A DNA stretch of 64,000 nt, from assembly GCA_938045545.1 (NCBI GenBank), contig CALIBN010000012.1, positions 64,001-128,000 of the forward strand, written 5' to 3'. Below the pieces are notes generated by a model, which worked only from the letters and a program-made list of their open reading frames with translations, was not told the DNA's origin and searched no databases. Both the position numbers and the translations under genes were made by a program. This DNA is from an uncultured archaeon (GTDB lineage Archaea > Thermoproteota > EX4484-205 > JAAOZP01). Positions within the stretch are counted from its first letter, which is position 1; every line of letters starts with the position of its first letter. Below are positions 59,411-64,000 of the stretch, piece after piece.

Positions 59411-60556
59411 TTGAAAATAGCTGCCAGAACAAGCAGGATTGTCGAGCCGCCTCACAGAAGGATTTTGAAGGAAGCCTTGTCTAGAAGGAGCGTTGTGATG
59501 AACCTTAGCGTGGGGGATATTTTCATAGAGCCCCACCCGTTAGTTAAGGATGCCGTTAGGAAAGCCTCTGAGGAAAGCAGCCTCACATACCCCCCGGTGG
59601 AAGGGTTCAGCGAGCTTAGAAGCCTGATAGCCGAATACTTGGTGGAGAGCAGGAGTTTAGACGTGAAGGCTGAGAACATTCTGGTGACAGCGGGGGCTTC
59701 GGAAGCGTTTCTCGTAGCATTAATGACTGTGCTTGACCCTGGGGAAAGGATTATTCTCCCAGATCCAACTTACCCTCAGCACACTCTGGCGGCGAACCTT
59801 TTCGACAGCATTACGATAAACTATTACAGTCAGTATTCAGATGTTAGCAAACAGGTTACTGGAGGAAAAGACGGGCGCAGCCTCATACTGGTTTGCTCTC
59901 CAAACAACCCGACTGGGAGGATTATTTCAACAAAAGACATGGAGATGCTTGTCGAGCATGCTCGGGAAAACGGTTCTACGATTGTTTCCGACGAGACTTA
60001 CTTAGAAATATTTTTCAGTGGAAACAAGCCCGTGAGCCCAGGAAGCTTCGACACCGGCCTTGAAAACACCATCATCATAGGAAGCTTCTCTAAGAACATG
60101 GGGATAACCGGCTTGAGAGTAGGTTTCATAGCTTCTGAAAAAAGCATGATCAGCAGGGCAAGCATGGTTAGGTACGCTACTTCGCTAACTTCAAACACGC
60201 TGGGGCAGCGCGTAGTTTTGAAAACGCTTCCCCTCATAAACGAGATATCCGAGTATGTAAGGATGAACGTTGAGAAACGCCTAAGAATGTTCATACAGGG
60301 CTTTAAGAGAAGCGATTTGCTGAAGGTCTACGAGCCCCAGGGGTCGCTCTACATATTCCCATACGTGCCGTTCAAATCCTTCGAGTTCTGTCTCGAGCTG
60401 GCTAGGGAGACGGGGGTCGTAATGGCCCCGGGTCAAGGGTTTGGGCCGTCGGGTGAAAACCACGTTAGGATTAGCTTTGGAGCGAGAGAGGAAGACATAA
60501 TAAATTCAATAGAGTTGTTAAACGGGTTTGAGCCTAAGGTTGAACGATGCTTTTAA
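59411..60556 (+). CDS. PLP-dependent aminotransferase class I/II
   Basis: VTAGASEA, SPNNPTG, SDETY, GSFSK..GLRVG. Confidence 0.92.
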   Translation: MKIAARTSRIVEPPHRRILKEALSRRSVVMNLSVGDIFIEPHPLVKDAVRKASEESSLTYPPVEGFSELRSLIAEYLVESRSLDVKAENILVTAGASEAFLVALMTVLDPGERIILPDPTYPQHTLAANLFDSITINYYSQYSDVSKQVTGGKDGRSLILVCSPNNPTGRIISTKDMEMLVEHARENGSTIVSDETYLEIFFSGNKPVSPGSFDTGLENTIIIGSFSKNMGITGLRVGFIASEKSMISRASMVRYATSLTSNTLGQRVVLKTLPLINEISEYVRMNVEKRLRMFIQGFKRSDLLKVYEPQGSLYIFPYVPFKSFEFCLELARETGVVMAPGQGFGPSGENHVRISFGAREEDIINSIELLNGFEPKVERCF

Positions 60557-61319
60557 AGAAGGCGAGGACGTTCTCCTAATCTCATCTAAAGGGAAGAAAA
60601 GAGTCGTGAAAATACAGGGAGACCGGATTCACACTCATAAAGGATATATTCAGGTTGGAGACATCGTTGGCAACCAGCCCGGAATACTGGTTAGAACACA
60701 CACTGGAGACGAGTTTCTTGCCCTTAAACCCCTGGTTGCAGACTATATTCCTAAGCTGGCTAGGAGGACGCAGGTGATGTATCCCAAGGACCTAGGCTAC
60801 ATGGTTTTAAGCCTAGGGGTATCGCCGGGCTTCAAGGTTCTGGACGCGGGTACCGGAAGCGGGGCTGCCGCCATGGTTATGGCGAGCCTCGTAAAGCCGA
60901 ATGGAAAAGTCTTCTCCTACGATGTGGATGAGGAATCCATAGTGGTTGCCAGGAGGAACCTTGAAAGGGTCGGCCTCCTTGAGTATGTTGAACTAGTGCA
61001 CGAAGACGTTAAGACAGCTGTTTTCAAAGAGTTTTTCGACGCTGCTTTGATGGATCTTCCAGACCCTTGGGAAGCCCTTGGTAATGTTTCAAGGTTCCTT
61101 AAGCCTTCAGCCAGAATATGCGTCGTACTCCCCACCATGAACCAGCTGGAGAAGGCTTACTCGGCGCTGGTAGCTTCGGGGATGGCGCATCTTGAAACAG
61201 TGGAAATATTTCTCAGGAGGATAAGGCCATTCCCAGGGAAGATTAGGCCTGAGTCTCTTATGATTGGGCATACCGCCTACCTTATGATTGGCGTTAAGGT
61301 TTCGAGAGAAAACGTTTAA
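60528..61319 (+). CDS. trmI: tRNA (adenine-N1) methyltransferase TrmI
   Basis: RRTQVMYPKD, DAGTGSG, MDLPDPW, IGHTAYL. Confidence 0.95.
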   Translation: MSLRLNDAFKEGEDVLLISSKGKKRVVKIQGDRIHTHKGYIQVGDIVGNQPGILVRTHTGDEFLALKPLVADYIPKLARRTQVMYPKDLGYMVLSLGVSPGFKVLDAGTGSGAAAMVMASLVKPNGKVFSYDVDEESIVVARRNLERVGLLEYVELVHEDVKTAVFKEFFDAALMDLPDPWEALGNVSRFLKPSARICVVLPTMNQLEKAYSALVASGMAHLETVEIFLRRIRPFPGKIRPESLMIGHTAYLMIGVKVSRENV

Positions 61320-61346
61320 AAAGAACATGGATAGAGTAGCGTCGGA

Positions 61347-61934
61347 TTGGAGAAGAAGGATGCGGTTTACTCGGTAGGAAACCTGTTGGCGCTGGTAGGT
61401 TTAGTTGTTCTTTCAGTATTCACATTCGGCACCAGCCTCCAAGTCACCGGCTTTCTAAGAACAAGCGTTAACCTTTTCAGCTCCGTCCTCATGTTCCTAG
61501 GCTCAGCGCTCCCATTCCTGCTTAAAGAGATGGACGCCCAGCGCAGAATGAGGAGCATTGGGCTAAGATGCTTCACGTCAAGCTTCATAATATCAATACT
61601 GCTTCTGGCTCAGACAATAGTGAGGGGATTCGCCTCCACGGTTCCGATTCTAGCGTCGCTAGCATTAGGATTATCCGGCATGGCGGCATATCTTCTTTCG
61701 AGAACTGGAAGAATCGCCCCGCCCCCTGCCAGGGAAATACTTTTATTCGTCTCAGTGATAATAGTGTTTTCAGCGCCGATGATACACTTGCTTCTGGAGG
61801 ACCTCGCGATGGATATTAATGTTGCCAGAATAATGTCGGTCAGCCTACTGGTCGTCTTCACGGGAGTAATGTATTTTTCGCTCAAGAGGCCGGGCAACCC
61901 TTCTGTAACCGGTTCAGATGAGAAAAAGACCTAA
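61347..61934 (+). CDS. Hypothetical 6-TM membrane protein
   Basis: Six hydrophobic segments. Confidence 0.7.
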   Translation: MEKKDAVYSVGNLLALVGLVVLSVFTFGTSLQVTGFLRTSVNLFSSVLMFLGSALPFLLKEMDAQRRMRSIGLRCFTSSFIISILLLAQTIVRGFASTVPILASLALGLSGMAAYLLSRTGRIAPPPAREILLFVSVIIVFSAPMIHLLLEDLAMDINVARIMSVSLLVVFTGVMYFSLKRPGNPSVTGSDEKKT

Positions 61935-62259
61935 GCCGCCGGATACGTAACGCTTAATACCGTCTTGAAAAAGGCATGAACAGGGTAGACCAGGCTCCTG
62001 CCGAGCGGGAAACCCTGAAGCAGGCCTCAACATCTTGAGGAGGGTACAAGCCGCCTTGACCATGGGGATTGGGCTCGAAACCCGTGGAGAGGTTGAAGCA
62101 GCCTTCCCAAGGTGTTGCGGAGTAAAAGCATCCTCCCCAGGCTTGTTGAAAAGCGGATTGGGGAGATGAACCTACTAGCCTGGGCCCAAAGCCGGATGCA
62201 GTAAAGCACGCTTGGAGAAAAAGGCAAGCCTTATTAAAGGGACTGTGTGAAACAAGCTA

Positions 62260-64000
62260 GTGCTTTCGAACCCTGAGATGAACAGCCAGCCGGTTAAGCA
62301 TTCGGAGGCTCTTTTAACCCTCACGAGAATTGAACAGCTTCTCAGAGACCTAAAGGATAAGCCCTCCTACTACGTTGACATGCATATTCATTCAAAGTAT
62401 AGCAGGGCTACAAGCTTAGACATGACTCTGGAGAATATTGCTTTCTCCGCCAAGTTGAAGGGCCTTAACATCGTCGGCACAGGTGACTGCACACACCCCA
62501 GGTGGCTAAAAGAACTTGAGAAGAGCCTTGTGGAGGAGAACCCTGGGCTCTTCAGGCTCAGGAGTGAAAAGAATCCTGAGAACGCTACTCTTTTCCTAAT
62601 CCAAGGCGAGGTTAACACTGTTTACCAGGAGGGGGATATGGTTAAGAGGATTCACCACGTGGTTCTCTTCCCTGATTTCGACACTGTTAAACAGGCCTGT
62701 GATGTTTTGAAACATGTTGGCGACCTAAGTGCTGACGGCAGGCCCCTGCTGAAATGCAGCTCGCCGGAACTCGTGGAAATTCTTAAAAGCGTTTCGAGAA
62801 GCGTTGAGGTTTTCCCCGCCCACGTGTGGACCCCGCATTTCAGCATCTTCGGCGTCCATGGCTACATCAGCGTTAGGGAGTGCTATAAGGATAAGACTGG
62901 TGAGATACACGCGTTGGAAACAGGGCTCTCTTGCTATGATGAAGAGACGGAAGTCTTAACAGAGGATGGGTGGAAAAAAATTCCTGAAATACAACCAAGC
63001 GATAAAATATACACTCTCAATCCTGAAACGAGTGAAATCGAACTTCAATATCCCAGAGGAATATTCTCCTATACGTATGAAGGTAAAATGTACAGGTTGA
63101 AAACCCGACGAGTTGATTTGCTTGTCACGCCGAATCATAATCTCTTCATCGCCACGTGTGATTTCAGAAAACCGAAACCATTCTTCTTGAAGCAAGCAAG
63201 AGAAGTATTTGGAAAGCCTAAGTGTTTTAAGAAGGATGGAAAATGGAACGGTGAAGAGGAAGAATATTTTATCCTTCCCTCCGTAGAGATTAGACATGGA
63301 AACAGGTACTATTCCGGCCTGGGGAGGGAGCCTGAGAAAAAGATACCGATGAAAGATTGGTTAAAATTCTTTGGATTTTGGCTGGCTGAAGGCTGGACAA
63401 CCAAGGGGAAAGATGGAGACTATAATGTTTGCATTTCTTGCACTAATGAGAAGCTAATTTCCCAAATGAAAAGATTGGTTCGAAGCTTCGGGTATAGGCC
63501 CCTTTATAACAGGAAAACCCACGTGCTTAGAGTTAAAAGCTATCAGTTGTTCACATACCTTAAGCAATTTGGTAGATGTCACGAGAAATTTGTTCCGAAA
63601 GAGGTGAAATCGCTTTCAAAAGACCTTCTCACTATATTGCTTAACTATTACCTTAAAGGCGATGGCCATGTTTATGGGAGGACTAATAAGGGATTATCGG
63701 CAACTACAACCTCCATAAGGCTCAGGGATGACTTGCAGGAAATAGCTTTAAAAGTCGGGATATCTGCCTATTTTAAGCTTGATAAGAAAAAGGACACTCC
63801 CTTGCGAGATTCCTCCCCAGGAAAAATTTATAGACGAGACCATGATTCCTGGACGGTTTACTTCATTAGAAAAAACACACATATTGTTATCCCTTCATCT
63901 ATAAAGAAAAATAACTATGTAGAAAAATGGGTAGATTTTAAAGGAAGAGTATATTGCGTTTCGGTTCCTAACAGAGTAATTTATGTGAGGAGAAATGGGA
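62260..64000 (+). CDS. EndoQ/PHP-family nuclease with intein; runs off the window end and is absent from the ORF track
   Basis: Open frame from GTG 62260/ATG 62278: DMHIHSKYSRATS, GTGDCTHPRW, DGRP, PAHVWTP, LETGLS. Confidence 0.9.
   Translation, partial: MLSNPEMNSQPVKHSEALLTLTRIEQLLRDLKDKPSYYVDMHIHSKYSRATSLDMTLENIAFSAKLKGLNIVGTGDCTHPRWLKELEKSLVEENPGLFRLRSEKNPENATLFLIQGEVNTVYQEGDMVKRIHHVVLFPDFDTVKQACDVLKHVGDLSADGRPLLKCSSPELVEILKSVSRSVEVFPAHVWTPHFSIFGVHGYISVRECYKDKTGEIHALETGLSCYDEETEVLTEDGWKKIPEIQPSDKIYTLNPETSEIELQYPRGIFSYTYEGKMYRLKTRRVDLLVTPNHNLFIATCDFRKPKPFFLKQAREVFGKPKCFKKDGKWNGEEEEYFILPSVEIRHGNRYYSGLGREPEKKIPMKDWLKFFGFWLAEGWTTKGKDGDYNVCISCTNEKLISQMKRLVRSFGYRPLYNRKTHVLRVKSYQLFTYLKQFGRCHEKFVPKEVKSLSKDLLTILLNYYLKGDGHVYGRTNKGLSATTTSIRLRDDLQEIALKVGISAYFKLDKKKDTPLRDSSPGKIYRRDHDSWTVYFIRKNTHIVIPSSIKKNNYVEKWVDFKGRVYCVSVPNRVIYVRRNG
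62932..64000 (+). mobile_element. LAGLIDADG intein in the EndoQ-like gene (C-terminus just beyond the window)
   Basis: CYDEETEVLTEDGW, VTPNH, GFWLAEG, YLKGDG, VYCVSVPN..YVRRNG. Confidence 0.92.

Noticed and set aside
61930-62235. RNase P RNA or SRP RNA
   Set aside because: GGCGGCTTA resembles the RNase P 3' motif, but the GAGGAA..UCC P4 partner and the SRP helix 8 motif are absent.
1-64000. CRISPR array, rRNA genes or IS transposases
   Set aside because: No regularly spaced 24-40 bp repeats, rRNA signatures or transposase motifs were seen.

Overview
This is an archaeal window, most likely from the TACK superphylum (Bathyarchaeia/Brockarchaeota-like by gene content; the taxonomy is inference). 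Housekeeping genes include tfb, pckG, MTAP, rps10, an intron-containing tRNA-Ala(GGC), mdh, cysteine synthase, rtcB, carB, hjc, apgM, rqc2 and trmI. They are interspersed with glycoside hydrolases and several decayed genes. Five observations stand out. (1) A 10.8 kb integrative element bounded by a 17-bp direct repeat sits inside the first codons of rqc2, supplies a new N-terminus and couples rqc2 to its integrase. It carries a Type IIG RM enzyme, a stand-alone SF2 helicase, an intragenic inverted iteron array and an antisense gene inside the integrase. (2) The rtcB 5' leader can fold into a stem that hides the Shine-Dalgarno site and contains a bulge-helix-bulge-like motif, which suggests splicing-based autoregulation of the tRNA ligase. 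(3) A fluoride riboswitch precedes genes that are not fluoride exporters. (4) LAGLIDADG inteins are present in RtcB and in an EndoQ/PHP-family gene that the ORF track missed. (5) A relic insertion lies at the tRNA-Ala 3' end. All calls are from reading motifs by eye; no searches were run.
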